Shown piece after piece: positions 27,334 to 38,363 of a stretch of 64,000 bases of DNA. Under the pieces are notes generated by a model, which saw nothing but the letters and a program-made list of their open reading frames with translations, ran no database searches and was not told the DNA's origin. Where the stretch lies: positions 82,152,001 to 82,216,000 of the forward strand of contig OZ076409.1 of NCBI GenBank assembly GCA_964187785.1. The letters are read 5' to 3'. This DNA comes from Amphiscolops sp. MND2022 (lineage: Eukaryota). The first letter of the stretch is position 1. Every line of letters starts with the position of its first letter. The position numbers were made by a program, and so were the translations under genes.

Positions 27334-28187
27334 ATGTCTGTAACTGAAAGTAGTGCTTCCATACAACCAGCCACTGAAGATAGAAAACTTACTCGCATCC
27401 GAGGTGGTCAGAAAGGTGCTTTCACTAGATTGGAACAGAAAGTTGATGAATTTACGGTCACTGCTATTGACTCTTCAACTAAATTGTTTCAAGGTGAGGC
27501 TTTGCCGAAGACAATACAAGATAGATTTGCAATGATTCATAAGTTCAATGCGGAAATTGAATTATTGATAGAAGATGAAGATGATTTAGCCAATGAACTG
27601 GAATAGCAAACGGAGTTCCTTGTTTCTGTTAGTGTCACCATCGCTAGGTTGTCTGCATTGATTGAGAATTACAAAAAAGGACGCGATAGACCTCCGCTTA
27701 AGTTTTCAACAGACCCTTCTCCATCAAGTTCTGCCACATCGAGTAGATTGAAGTTGCTTAAACTTCAGCTACCAATATTCACTGGATCATACCCTGACTG
27801 GATAAGTTTTTTGATCAATTCAAGTCCTCCGTCGATTCTAATTCCTTTCTCTCCAATTCAGAGAAGCTGAACTATTTGAAAGCCTGTGTGAAGGGTGATG
27901 CAGCGAGACTCATTAGTTCAATTTCGATAACCGACGCAAACTACAATATTGCCTCGGCATTGTTGAAATATCGATATGAAAATAAAAAGAGCATCATTCT
28001 TGCTCATTGGCAAGCAGTTTGGTTGCTGCCGGATTTGAAAACCAAATCCGCTCTTGGATTGAGAAAACTTCTGGAACTCGCCATTGAGCATTTACGAGCA
28101 CTCGTTGAACTTGGTCAACCACTAGAGCACTGGAATGCTATCTTAGTTTTTGTTCTTGAAAGAAATAAATTCTTTAATGAAAGCTGA
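27334..28187 (+). pseudogene. BEL/Pao gag remnant (DUF1759-like)
   Basis: KLQLPIFTGSYPDWISF and KACVKGDAARLI...NYNIA...RYEN motifs, broken by stops and frameshifts. Confidence 0.85.
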
Positions 28188-28249
28188 ATACTTCCGAAAA
28201 AGATCAGCATTGTGGCGCAAAGTGTATTCAAGACGAATGAAACGCTTCA

Positions 28250-30111
28250 TTGCGTTAGCTTTCGAGAGACCTAAATTGTGGGGTCCATCCTTGAATGGCG
28301 TTATGTACTAGATTATTTCAGTCTGTTATCAAGTCAATTGCTAAAACGCCAGTTGTTATTGAAGAAATTTTAGCTTGGACTGATTCAACAATAGTTCTCT
28401 GTTGGTTGTCAAAAGAACCATCTCGCTTGTCAACCTTTGTTTCAAACCGAATTAGTGAAATTCAAAGTGAAAACAAGTTGAATTGGAAACCTGTGTGATC
28501 CGAGGAGAATCCTGTTGATCCTGCATCTCGAGGAATCAACCTTGACCAAATAAGTCAGCATGATTTATGGTGGAATGGCCCTAAGTGGTTACAAACAGAA
28601 GAATTTCTCAAATCATTGTCTTTTGGTGAAACGTCTGAAGAGTTGAAAAAGTCCACTCTAACAACAGATATTACCAATTTTCACACTTCTGTTGCTCTCA
28701 AGGATACCAAAAAAGATGTTATCGATTGGTCGAAGTGTAACTCTTTAAACAATGTACTCCGAATACTTGCTCATGGTAGACGTTTTACCGACAAACTTAA
28801 GAAGAACTTGGTTGTTTTACCGAGTTACATTACTGGCCCAGAGTTACCTGAGTCAATTATAATTTTGATTCGCCAGGAACAAAAGAAACGATATTCGGAA
28901 GAAATCCAAACACTAGAAATGGGGCAACAATTCAAGTCCATGAGTCAAATCTGCAAATTATACCCATTGCTCGATAATGGTATTCTTTGTGTCGGAGGAA
29001 GATTAGTACATGCAAGGTTGCCCGAAAAAAGCAAGTTTCAAAGACTAATTCCTCAAGACAGTCACCTCGCACGCCTAATTGTATTGAATTTTCACCAGCT
29101 GACTTTCCATGTTGGGACTAGTCAAACAATTGCTCATATTAGAACTTGTTTCTGGATTCCCAGGTTTAGAAATTTGGTTCGAAAAAAGATACTGAATTGT
29201 TTCAATTGTAATTGCTTCAACTCGAGACCAGTTTTCCCCTCGATGGGAGATCTTTCAAAAGCAAGAGTGGACCCTCCTCTAAAAACCTTTGAGGACGTAG
29301 GCCTAGACTTTGCTGGTCCTTTTTTGTAGGAAATCTCCAATTGCTCCTGAAAAGTCTTACTTAGCACTTTTTGTATGCTTTGCAAGTAAAGCAGTGCACC
29401 TGGAACTAGTATCTGATCTCAGTACAGCTGCACATATTGCCGCCATTAGAAGGTTCGTCTCTCGTAGAGGATTGCACATCATATGGTTTTTATCCCTCCA
29501 AGAGCTCCTCACTTTGGTGGCCTATGGGAATCAGTAATCAAGTGTGCAAAAATACATCTCCGAAAGTTTATGGGAAATAAAATCCTCTCCTTCGAAGAAT
29601 TGTGTACTCTGCTTTGTCAAATTGAAATGATTTTGAATTCCAGACCAATCTACTCATTATCAGAAGATCCAAATGACGACTTTTTTAAACTCCTGCTCAT
29701 TTCTGCTTGGGTGGAAAGTTGGAGAGTTTACCCTTGAGCCAGACTACTGATTCAAAAAATCCTGACAGTAGACAGTCACCAGCAAAAAGATGGATACAAA
29801 TCCAGAATATGGTCTCTCATTTTTGGAAAAGATGGGTCAAAGATTATGTACTATACCTACAAGAAAGAAATAAATGGAAACTAGAAACTTGTAACCTAAA
29901 AGTTGGTGATATTGTCTTTGTAACTGACGACAATGTTCCTCCTCTGCAGTGGCCATTGGCGAAAATTCACCATGTCTACACTGGGCCAGACAAATTCGTT
30001 AGAGTAGTAAAAGTCAAAACTGCTACTGGAATCTATAATCGCCGGTGCATAAATCAAATAAAATATTCGATGCTAATTTCAATAATGATTTTAAATGACT
30101 TTATTTCCTAA
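28250..30111 (+). pseudogene. BEL/Pao pol remnant: RNase H C-terminus, integrase and C-terminal domain (protease and RT deleted)
   Basis: [26 protein letters not shown], HxxxxH...Cxx[30 protein letters not shown] and FWKRW motifs across frameshifted ORFs. Confidence 0.9.
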
Positions 30112-31521
30112 CCTTCATATTAGTCTTACTGTTCTTTATTTCATTGTTCTTGCGTGTTTAACGCTCTAGTTATTTTCTTCCCTGCGACATCAAGGCAGGC
30201 GGTGTTATGTTCTGAATGGAACTCCATTTGAAAGTGATGAGTCATTGCTTCAAATCAATAACTTCAAGTAATAGTTCAAAGTTGTAAAAAGATCATACAT
30301 GTATCTTAGATGAATATTTTTCCACCGCATTTTGTAAACATTTTCACAAGTGTTTTTTAATTTTTCCCGCATCCTGTGTTTTTTAATTGTTGAACACAAG
30401 CTCTTCACAATTAATACTTTCTCCTCTTCTTATACTTTTTTGGCTGATGGAGCAGCCTGATCCGCCTTTGAAAGGTTAACGTTATCTGTGAGACACAACA
30501 AGATTAAGATCTAAAGTCACTGAATTTCAGATCTTATTCCCGCATCTCAATAATAAGATTAAAAGGGAACAAGATTAACCGGAGTTTACTGTATTTTATA
30601 ATGGCGATCAGAAATGAACCCAGGAACTTCAGAAATTTAACTGATTTCTTCGTCTTTGATTTTTTCAAAAAGAATTCGCAGTTTTTCATCAAAAAAACTA
30701 CTAGAGATTGATTATTCGTGAGCAATTCGAATTGAAATGCTCGCAAAAGCCTTTAGTAACTGTTTGCTTCAGTATTTCAGATTTTTTGAACGAATTTTGT
30801 TGCCGAAAAAAGGCCAAAATTTCAACCTATCAAAACACCTGATTTTGATATTTCGCTCTGAAAGTAGTTCCCTTGAAAAACAGTTAAAACTTCAACACTA
30901 CAATGTTTTTGATTTTCGAAACCTGAAAATTTTTAATTTCTGCGTTTCTCAACAGTTTGCGAGTAAACAAAATTTCCACTGAAAAATATTCCAGTAATTG
31001 TTTGCCACACTGGCACTTTTGGCCACACTGGCACTCTTGGCCACACTGGCATAAATACCTGAAAATTTCGTGACACAGCATGCAAGTTGTAAGCATGAAA
31101 TTTTCATCCAAGCAGCTCCCAAAAACCTAATAATTTTGCCTTGCAACCTGTAAAAACATGTAAAACTTTCGAGCACTTTCAATTAGGGTATGTCCACGTT
31201 ACAACTCATCTACTATGAAGTAGGGATATTTCCACGTTATTCCTCATATGTTAATCCTGCTCACTTGGATTTTCCGGCAGTTTTAAATCTTTTTAGAGTG
31301 GTTCAAGATCTGACGCCAGCAGTTTTAAGTCATTTCAGGTCCTGTTTCGGGTGTTTTTTTTCTGATTTAAAATTAACTAGTCCAAAAAAATTTTCTATTG
31401 TGAGAGAGAGAGAGAAAACACTGTATTATTGTATAGGGATAGCTGGTGCCAGTATACAATAAGTGTAGATTGATTTATGCTGAAGCATAAATGATTTTTT
31501 CAAGTTTTACAGGGCGATAAA

Positions 31522-34515
31522 TCAGGTGAAGCGGAAATCACGCCAAGTATGAGATGTATGGATAGGCATACGACTACTTTCCAAAGTTAGATGCCTTCTG
31601 AGACGACTTTTGAATGTGTGTAGACTTATACTAGTGTCTCTTAAGTACAACGGAAGTGAGTTCCACTTCGAAGAAGAATGATGAAAGAAAGAAAAAAGAG
31701 ATACATGACTTCCCACGTAAATCATCTGATTAGTGCGATCGTTCCACCTGAAAATCGCCGTAGGTAACTTTAAAGAGCTCTGGAAGGCTTTTTTAGTATT
31801 TTTGAGATATTGGAACAGAAATACTAGAGATTTCAAATCGATAAGTTGCTTTATTCCAATTATTTTCTTTTTTTCTCTCAGATCACTCGACGATTTAAAG
31901 CTCGAACGGAAGTAGACAGATTTTAATGCCCAGTTCATCTGTTTCTCAAGGGAAAGTAGCAAAGGAGGGGATATTTGAGTGAAAAAAATCGCAGAGTATT
32001 CGAAATGACTGATTATTAACGCGTGGAAAAGCATGACTAAGACTGTGGTCGGAAATTTGTGTTGTATAGATTCAATAGTTTTTATTCCAACTGCCATGTT
32101 TTTCAGAACCTTTTTTACCTGGGTTTGGAAAGTCAAGTGTTGATCTAACGTTATTCCAAGATATTTACATTCACATTTCTTTTTGACAACTGAGGAGCAC
32201 ACGACAACTGTTTCGGAGTCTAGCTGTCTCTTGTCTTTTTTTCGGGAAAAAGTTATGAATTCTGTTTTACTACCATTCAAATTTAGTCGATGGGACTTGA
32301 AGTAACTTTCAAGTTTCAAAATATTTGTTTGCAAACATTGCAAAGCAATGTCAGGGTCCTGGTGACTACAAAAAAGCAAGCAATCATCGGCGTACTGGAT
32401 AATGCGAGCATCCTCCGTTATCTGTCCAGTCAGGTCATTGACATATAGGTTAAAGAGCAGTGGTCCTAAAATAGTGCCCTGGGGAACGCCTTGTTTCAGT
32501 TCTATCCAATCCGATTTGACACCGTTCAATGAAACCTGCTGCAGTCTATCACTGAGGAAACTTTTTATAAAGTTGATGGCCGAAAATGAGAAACCAAGAG
32601 ACTTGAGTTTAGACAAAAGGATTTCATGTGAAAGTGAGTCAAAGGCTTTTGATAAATCCAGCAAGACTGCATGAACTATCTTTCCATCCTGAATTTCCTG
32701 TTGAACCGATTCGGTGAAAAACAAAACAGCATCTTCTACGGATACTTTTTTCCTAAAACCAAATTGGAGTGGAGCGAGGAGATTTTTTTCTTCAATGTAA
32801 GCTGTAATTTGCCTATGAATACATTTTTCAAGGATTTTGGAGAACGTTGTTGTAATCGAGATGGGACGATAATTTTTGGGATCTAGAATGTCATCTTTTT
32901 TGAAGATGGGGGTTATAGTCGCTCTCTTTAACATCGTAGGAAATACACTTTCATAAATGCACTCATTCAATATGAATGTTAAGTGAGAAGTCAAAATTTG
33001 CTTTCCATCAATTATAGCCCAAGCGGGCACCTTACAAGGACCGGTAGGTTTGTTCGGTTTCAACTCATTGATGATATCGTAACAATCTTTCACTGTGATT
33101 GGACTAAAAGAGAACGAAGAATCACCGGGAAGGAAGGATGGAACTTCATCATTGATATTACCAAAATATTGACCAAGGTTCGAAAATATCATGTTGAAAT
33201 GATCGGCCATTTCCTTGTCATCAACTATCATTTTACCGAATGAATTTCTCACTGCTGCAAGATTGACCGACTTTTTATTTTGCCCTCGGGCGGAATTTAT
33301 GAAATTCCATCTTTCCTTAGCGGTGCACAGAGAAGAAAAACAGCTCCAGGCAAATTTCTCTTGCTTTTCTTTTAGTACCTTAGAAAGTTGATTTCTAAGT
33401 TTTGAGTACGTGGACCAAGTTTGAGCAGAGGTATTATTACAGTATTCGTGGTAAGCTGCTTGGCGTGCCTGGGTTAAGGTTTTGCACTCGCTGTCATACC
33501 AGGATTCTTTGAAAAGTTTAGGGGTCCTTTTTCGGAGAAAAATTTTTTTGACGGGTGCATGCTTTTCCACAACACTAGCTAACATATAGACAAACAGATT
33601 GAACATATCAGTAGCATTCGAACAATTATAGATTCTAAACCATGGGATATTTGATAGTGACAGACAGAAAGCGTCTTTTTGGTATGTACTCAAATCGAAC
33701 TTTTGCAAAATTGTGCACTTCTGTTTTTCAGCGAAAACGTTTGTGAAAACTACTGAGCCAAAATGATCTGTTTTAAAAGGACTATTGAAAACAAAGCATT
33801 TACCGTCTAAGATGTTTTCAGCTATTATATAGTCAATGTGTGTTTTTGTAGTTTTACAGACACGCGTAGGTAAATTTGGGCTAGCTACGGAGAACCCATA
33901 TGGTAATATGACAGTTTCTAGGTTTTCCCGTTCAAGTGGGGTGAGGTAGTCTAAATTGTAATCGCCCATCATTGTGATGTTTGCAGTTTCGCACGTGGAG
34001 TTGTCTATATTTGTTTCTAATTGTTCAAGAAAATCATTTTGAAATTGTTTCATAGGATTATAAGTTACGTTAATCAACATGGTTTTCTTGCAATTTTTTG
34101 AGAAATCATTCCTACATTCTACCCAGATGGAGTCGAACTTAGTTTTATCAAAAAGGTTGAGATCTTTTCGTTCCCTCGGAGCAAGTTTCAAAGGTACAAA
34201 GAGCATTACACCACCACCCTTTTTTTTCGAATTTGCAGAACTTCGGTCACATCTGAAAAGCTCGTGGGTGTTTGAAGCTACATTCCAAAAAACCATGTCA
34301 TCACTAGGAGTTAACCAACTTTCTGAGATACCCACAATTGCGTTCGTTCCCATGTCGTTCACAAAAGATTTCAACTGAGTATGTTTTTTAGATACATCTT
34401 GAAAGTTCATGTGGACTATGCGTAAATTTTGTTTATTTTTGTCGGACAACTTGGAAAAATTATCATAGCTAATTTCAGGACCTGGATTTTGCTCAATATC
34501 TCCGCATAATTTCAA
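31522..34515 (-). CDS. LINE ORF2: 2A-like peptide + APE endonuclease + reverse transcriptase
   Basis: Uninterrupted 997 codons: GDIEQNPGP; APE motifs (ISESWL, GGGV, MGDYN, IDYI, TDH); RT motifs (NYRPIS, QFGFR, DLSKAFD, GVPQGTILGP, YADD, KYLG). Confidence 0.96.
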   Translation of the reverse strand: MKLCGDIEQNPGPEISYDNFSKLSDKNKQNLRIVHMNFQDVSKKHTQLKSFVNDMGTNAIVGISESWLTPSDDMVFWNVASNTHELFRCDRSSANSKKKGGGVMLFVPLKLAPRERKDLNLFDKTKFDSIWVECRNDFSKNCKKTMLINVTYNPMKQFQNDFLEQLETNIDNSTCETANITMMGDYNLDYLTPLERENLETVILPYGFSVASPNLPTRVCKTTKTHIDYIIAENILDGKCFVFNSPFKTDHFGSVVFTNVFAEKQKCTILQKFDLSTYQKDAFCLSLSNIPWFRIYNCSNATDMFNLFVYMLASVVEKHAPVKKIFLRKRTPKLFKESWYDSECKTLTQARQAAYHEYCNNTSAQTWSTYSKLRNQLSKVLKEKQEKFAWSCFSSLCTAKERWNFINSARGQNKKSVNLAAVRNSFGKMIVDDKEMADHFNMIFSNLGQYFGNINDEVPSFLPGDSSFSFSPITVKDCYDIINELKPNKPTGPCKVPAWAIIDGKQILTSHLTFILNECIYESVFPTMLKRATITPIFKKDDILDPKNYRPISITTTFSKILEKCIHRQITAYIEEKNLLAPLQFGFRKKVSVEDAVLFFTESVQQEIQDGKIVHAVLLDLSKAFDSLSHEILLSKLKSLGFSFSAINFIKSFLSDRLQQVSLNGVKSDWIELKQGVPQGTILGPLLFNLYVNDLTGQITEDARIIQYADDCLLFCSHQDPDIALQCLQTNILKLESYFKSHRLNLNGSKTEFITFSRKKDKRQLDSETVVVCSSVVKKKCECKYLGITLDQHLTFQTQVKKVLKNMAVGIKTIESIQHKFPTTVLVMLFHALIISHFEYSAIFFTQISPPLLLSLEKQMNWALKSVYFRSSFKSSSDLREKKKIIGIKQLIDLKSLVFLFQYLKNTKKAFQSSLKLPTAIFRWNDRTNQMIYVGSHVSLFSFFHHSSSKWNSLPLYLRDTSISLHTFKSRLRRHLTLESSRMPIHTSHTWRDFRFT

Positions 34516-34575
34516 AAGGGCTCTAGCGAATGTTAGAAAATCGAATGAACAAAATGCATCAGATATCCCAAGGTT

Positions 34576-35301
34576 TCATATAAATTTTTTAACACTTTTA
34601 CATGCACTGGCAAGGAGCTCTTTATCCCATTTTTGCAGTTTATAAAGGTTTTCAAATACGAGTTTTTCATTATCTTGCATAAAGACAATTATTTTTTCAT
34701 TAACAGTATGCACTCTAGCAACATCATCCCGTTTCCTCAATTCACGAGTTATTTTAGCTCTGATTGGGGTAAGATCATCATTCACAAAAATGTTGGTATT
34801 TTTGAGATTGCGCTTGTTTTTCATTAGCTGATGTTTCGTGTCACGTCTCACAAATTTGGCTATCAGAGGTTTGGGGCCAGACCCTCCGCCAGGTAAACGG
34901 TGGCAGGTACTTACGTCATTGGCAGTAATTTGGACACCGGCCTTTTCAGCAACACTAACCACCTTCGCATAAACGTCCTCGCCTGGCTCTTCTTGCACTC
35001 CGAAAATGCGCACATTCTCCCTTCGCCCATACTGCTCTATGCTGTCAGCCTCGATGATTGGCGCCAGGTCCTCCGTGGTACACCGACTGGCTTTGTTCAG
35101 CTCCTCAAATGCACAAAATCCACACAGGAAAGGCCTCGCGAAGAAATTCTTGGGAATTTGTGTGGGTACCCATACATTTGTCCAGATGACACATCCATTC
35201 CCATCCACACCAGGTCCAGTGCATTCAATCAGATGGTTGCTACCTTCTTCCTTTTTGCCCTGATTGATGGAGGATGTTGATGGGTTTCGCGCAGACGGCA
35301 T
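34576..35301 (-). CDS. LINE ORF1 protein (Cys-rich region + L1/CR1-type RRM and CTD)
   Basis: 241 aa with CxxC, EQYGRRENVRIFGV, CHRL, PLIAKFVRR and IFVNDDLT motifs typical of CR1/L2 ORF1. Confidence 0.9.
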   Translation of the reverse strand: MPSARNPSTSSINQGKKEEGSNHLIECTGPGVDGNGCVIWTNVWVPTQIPKNFFARPFLCGFCAFEELNKASRCTTEDLAPIIEADSIEQYGRRENVRIFGVQEEPGEDVYAKVVSVAEKAGVQITANDVSTCHRLPGGGSGPKPLIAKFVRRDTKHQLMKNKRNLKNTNIFVNDDLTPIRAKITRELRKRDDVARVHTVNEKIIVFMQDNEKLVFENLYKLQKWDKELLASACKSVKKFI

Positions 35302-36650
35302 TTCGTCGGGCCTTCTCTTTTATCAGTTAATCTGAAAAGACTTATTAAACAGCCGCAGCTATTTAATAAGTTTATCACAACAATTAGGCTGTCTTTAATT
35401 GTCTTTAACTGTCTAGAATTTGTCTTTAAATTCTTTTTCCGTAATCTTAGGTATTAATTCAGTGATTGTTTCAGTGGTTTTAGATCTTTTTCCAGCTTTT
35501 CCAGATCTTTCCTGAAAGATTTCGATTTGATTTAGGAGATTTCATTAAATTCGGATCTTATTCCAGTGATATTAGATAATTTTTAGGTATTACGTATAGA
35601 AACAAACTCCACATCAGAACCTCATGAAACTGACTTTTCATAGTCTTACCTAGCCAACTGAAACAGTCCAAACTGGCAGGACTAGCGCCAAGCAGGAGTT
35701 AAGAATAATCTCTAAAACACATGGAGAGGAGATTTAAAAAGTGTGCGAATAGAATGTGAGAAGTATGGCAATGTTCATTAGAAGTTACATTTAGATCAAT
35801 TAGAAGTGCTTGTAATCATTTTTGTACTGGCATATTTTTGCGAAAAAACTGTCGTTCATAGGTTGACCGAGCTGCCCTCGAGTTACGGGTTGATATCGCA
35901 CTGAAAAACTATGTTTTGTGTCGTGCAAAAATGTTACCTCATCTTACCAAATTCGATCTCGTAGTAAGAAAAATTTTAATACACAAGCATTTTGATCACA
36001 ACTCGTTGTACGAATGATAACATTGTGTTCATGGTTGATACGACTATGCTAAGGTTTCACTACGATAGTCATGATTGTGCTTTGATGGTCAATCGAAGGA
36101 TAACGTTTTCTCGGAAGAACGAGAAAGTGTCTAATTAGAACTGCGCTGTTCGATTCACAGTTGTTCCTGGTAGTAATACGGATACTTTGGATGTAGTCTC
36201 TATATTTTTGTCAAGTTGTTTTTGCGGATATATCAAGAGTGGTTCTGACTCTTTTCTATTCCCCAACCACCATAATTTTTGAAAGTAAATTTCCTAAATG
36301 TTTCAGACTAGCCTATTTGAAAGTAAAAAAAACAGGAAGTTAACGTCTGTTAGAATAGTTTTTCGCTTAAACAAACATTTTTCCACTCATTTTGACTATA
36401 ATTATGTTCGTATTGACTGTTTTTTGTGACTCAAAACAGAAAGCTGGTGGTTTTAAATCAAGAATGCATGGTTTCATAGGCAAAAATAGCGTGAACAAAG
36501 TTTGTGTCTCAATTCTAAGCTGTCAGCCTTGAAATAAATTGAAAATTGAAGGTTTCTTTTTTGTATTCAAGTCTCTTTGTTACAATTCATTGATTCTCCA
36601 AAAAAATGGTGGTTGAGGAAAAACAGAAACGAGCCGTGGTTCTGTTACAG

Positions 36651-36785
36651 ATGAGTTGGACGACAGTGAGCAGCTTGTGAAGTGGAAGGAAGAAGAGTTG
36701 AGGATGTCTGACCAATCAACAGCCACCTTCACTGTAGATAATGACGTCACTCTCACATCCAGCACCAAGTACTACTCCGACCTGG
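36651..36785 (+). CDS. Cys-loop channel coding exon 5 (loops B, F, C)
   Basis: ttacAG|(Y)ELDDSEQLVKWKEEEL...KYYSDL; donor G|GTTAGT; phases 1/1 fit exons 4 and 6, giving ES-Y in loop B. Confidence 0.85.
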
Positions 36786-37578
36786 GTTAGTATCTCGTCC
36801 ACCAGAGGTACCGGGTTTCCCCGCTAGGATGATCATAGTTTTCTTTCTTTCTTAACCCTTTCTTCTATTATGTTACTGTGATCAAGCTGGAATTTTATGC
36901 GGTCCAGACTTTGGTCAACTCATATTTTGATCAGAACTCAGATTTTGATCAACCATAAACTTTTATGGCCTTTACTTTAATCTGTCTGCAATTATACCCT
37001 GGTTGCCGGGTTGTGCAATGTCTACAATTAATAAAAACCATTAGCTTATGAAGCTGAGAGCTCAACAAGCAATTGCGCCATTTTTAACATTTTGTATTCA
37101 ATAAAACAATGCCACTAAACAGTAGGTTCTGAAGTAGGGATCAAGGCCTAAACTGCTGTAGGAATGTCAAAGAAAAATTATGTCCCTTTTGCTTAGGTAT
37201 CAACTGCTTTGATGTAGTAGTCCCCACTATTTAAGAAAAGATGAGACAACCAGAGATGCTTGAAAAACGATAACTATTAATGGCATCCAGTTTTGATTGA
37301 AATCTGCTCTATTAAAACAAATTGACGAAACGACAAAAAAATTGATAAAGTACAGTAAACGGTTACTGAGAAAAATTCATGCAACCCAAATGAGTTATTC
37401 AGCCTCCAAAAACGATTGGTTGGGTCCAAAAATTTGAAGGAACCATGAATGCAAGTAAAATGAACGTTTGTCCCTTATAATTGGCACCATGATAATTTGT
37501 TATAATGATTGTCTGGCTTACCAAAAACAATAAAACTAAAACCTCAATCTTGAAAGTAACCTTTTAATAAATGTTCAG

Positions 37579-37786
37579 ACACATATTACACGAACTTGTG
37601 TATGGAAGTGAGACTGGCGCGCAAGCTGACAATGTACATAGTGACCATGTACCTGCCGAGTGTGGCGCTGGTCATTCTGTCGTGGGTGTCGTTCTGGATA
37701 GACAAGAAGGCCGTGCCAGCCAGAGCCGGTCTCACCATCACCACCATCCTCGCCCAGATCACCCTCATCACCGGAACTGCCAACAA
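37579..37786 (+). CDS. Cys-loop channel coding exon 6 (pre-M1, M1, M2)
   Basis: (D)TYYTNLCMEVRLARK-MYLPSVALVILSWVSFWID-KAVPARAGLTITTILAQITL; the PAR motif and 13' Thr indicate anion selectivity; donor AA|GTGAGA. Confidence 0.96.
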
Positions 37787-38035
37787 GTGAGACGATTCGA
37801 TACAATAAAATCTATTCCCAGTCTTTGTTATCTGATTAACTGTGAAGATGGATTTCAAGTTTTTCCAATCCGGTGAAAATTACAAAATTAACTGCGGACC
37901 GTTTCGTAAAAAGACTGCCTAGCGATTAGAAGCTACCCGTCTTGGCAGTTACTTCAGGATTCCGATTTGACCAATGCCAATATAATCATTTTCCAATTTC
38001 ATTTGGACTTCTCTATTACGATGTATACCCTGATG

Positions 38036-38363
38036 GGTACTCCTGACTAAGTGTGGTCCCTATAAAACTTATGCAGCCGGCCTGAAAACTCCTGACTAAG
38101 TGTGGTCGCTAGAAGAGGTTAGCATATTTGTTGTATGGCTCGGTCGCTTCGCTCCCTTCGCCAAGTAGCAACATTGAGGCATGGCCACATGGCACGTCGC
38201 TCCGCTTCGCTTCGCTCCTGCATTTAGGGCACTAGGGGTATGTGAACATAGCTGACGACGTAATATAAAATTTCCAACAAACTATGCAGGGACCACACTT
38301 ATAAAATAGGGACCACACTTAGTAAGGAGAAATCGCTTGGGACCACACTTAGTCAGGAGTACC
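38036..38363. mobile_element. Merlin-like MITE
   Basis: Perfect 25-bp TIR GGTACTCCTGACTAAGTGTGGTCCC (fits the GGNRM start), internal TIR-motif copies, 8-bp TSD CCCTGATG (38028-38035, 38364-38371). Confidence 0.85.

Larger units (their letters stand above)
25985..30497 (+). mobile_element. BEL/Pao LTR retrotransposon, internally deleted and decayed
   Basis: ~290-bp TG...CA LTRs (25985-26272, 30208-30497), PBS TGGTCCGCCGACCCGGA, purine-rich tract before the 3' LTR, imperfect TSD ACGGG/ACAAG, and gag, RNase H and integrase remnants. Confidence 0.92.
31402..35420 (-). mobile_element. Full-length-looking CR1/L2-clade LINE, antisense to the host gene
   Basis: Intact ORF1 and ORF2; the 3' end finishes in a (TC)n tail at ~31402-31415; 5' boundary approximate. 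Confidence 0.88.

Noticed and set aside
31003..31052. Three 18-bp tandem repeats encoding CQCGQ(E/K) or ASVAKS
   Set aside because: A minisatellite within repeat-derived DNA; no gene context.
32402..35280. Plus-strand ORFs overlapping the LINE, and similar antisense ORFs over Polinton genes
   Set aside because: Antisense shadows of real coding sequence with no independent motifs.
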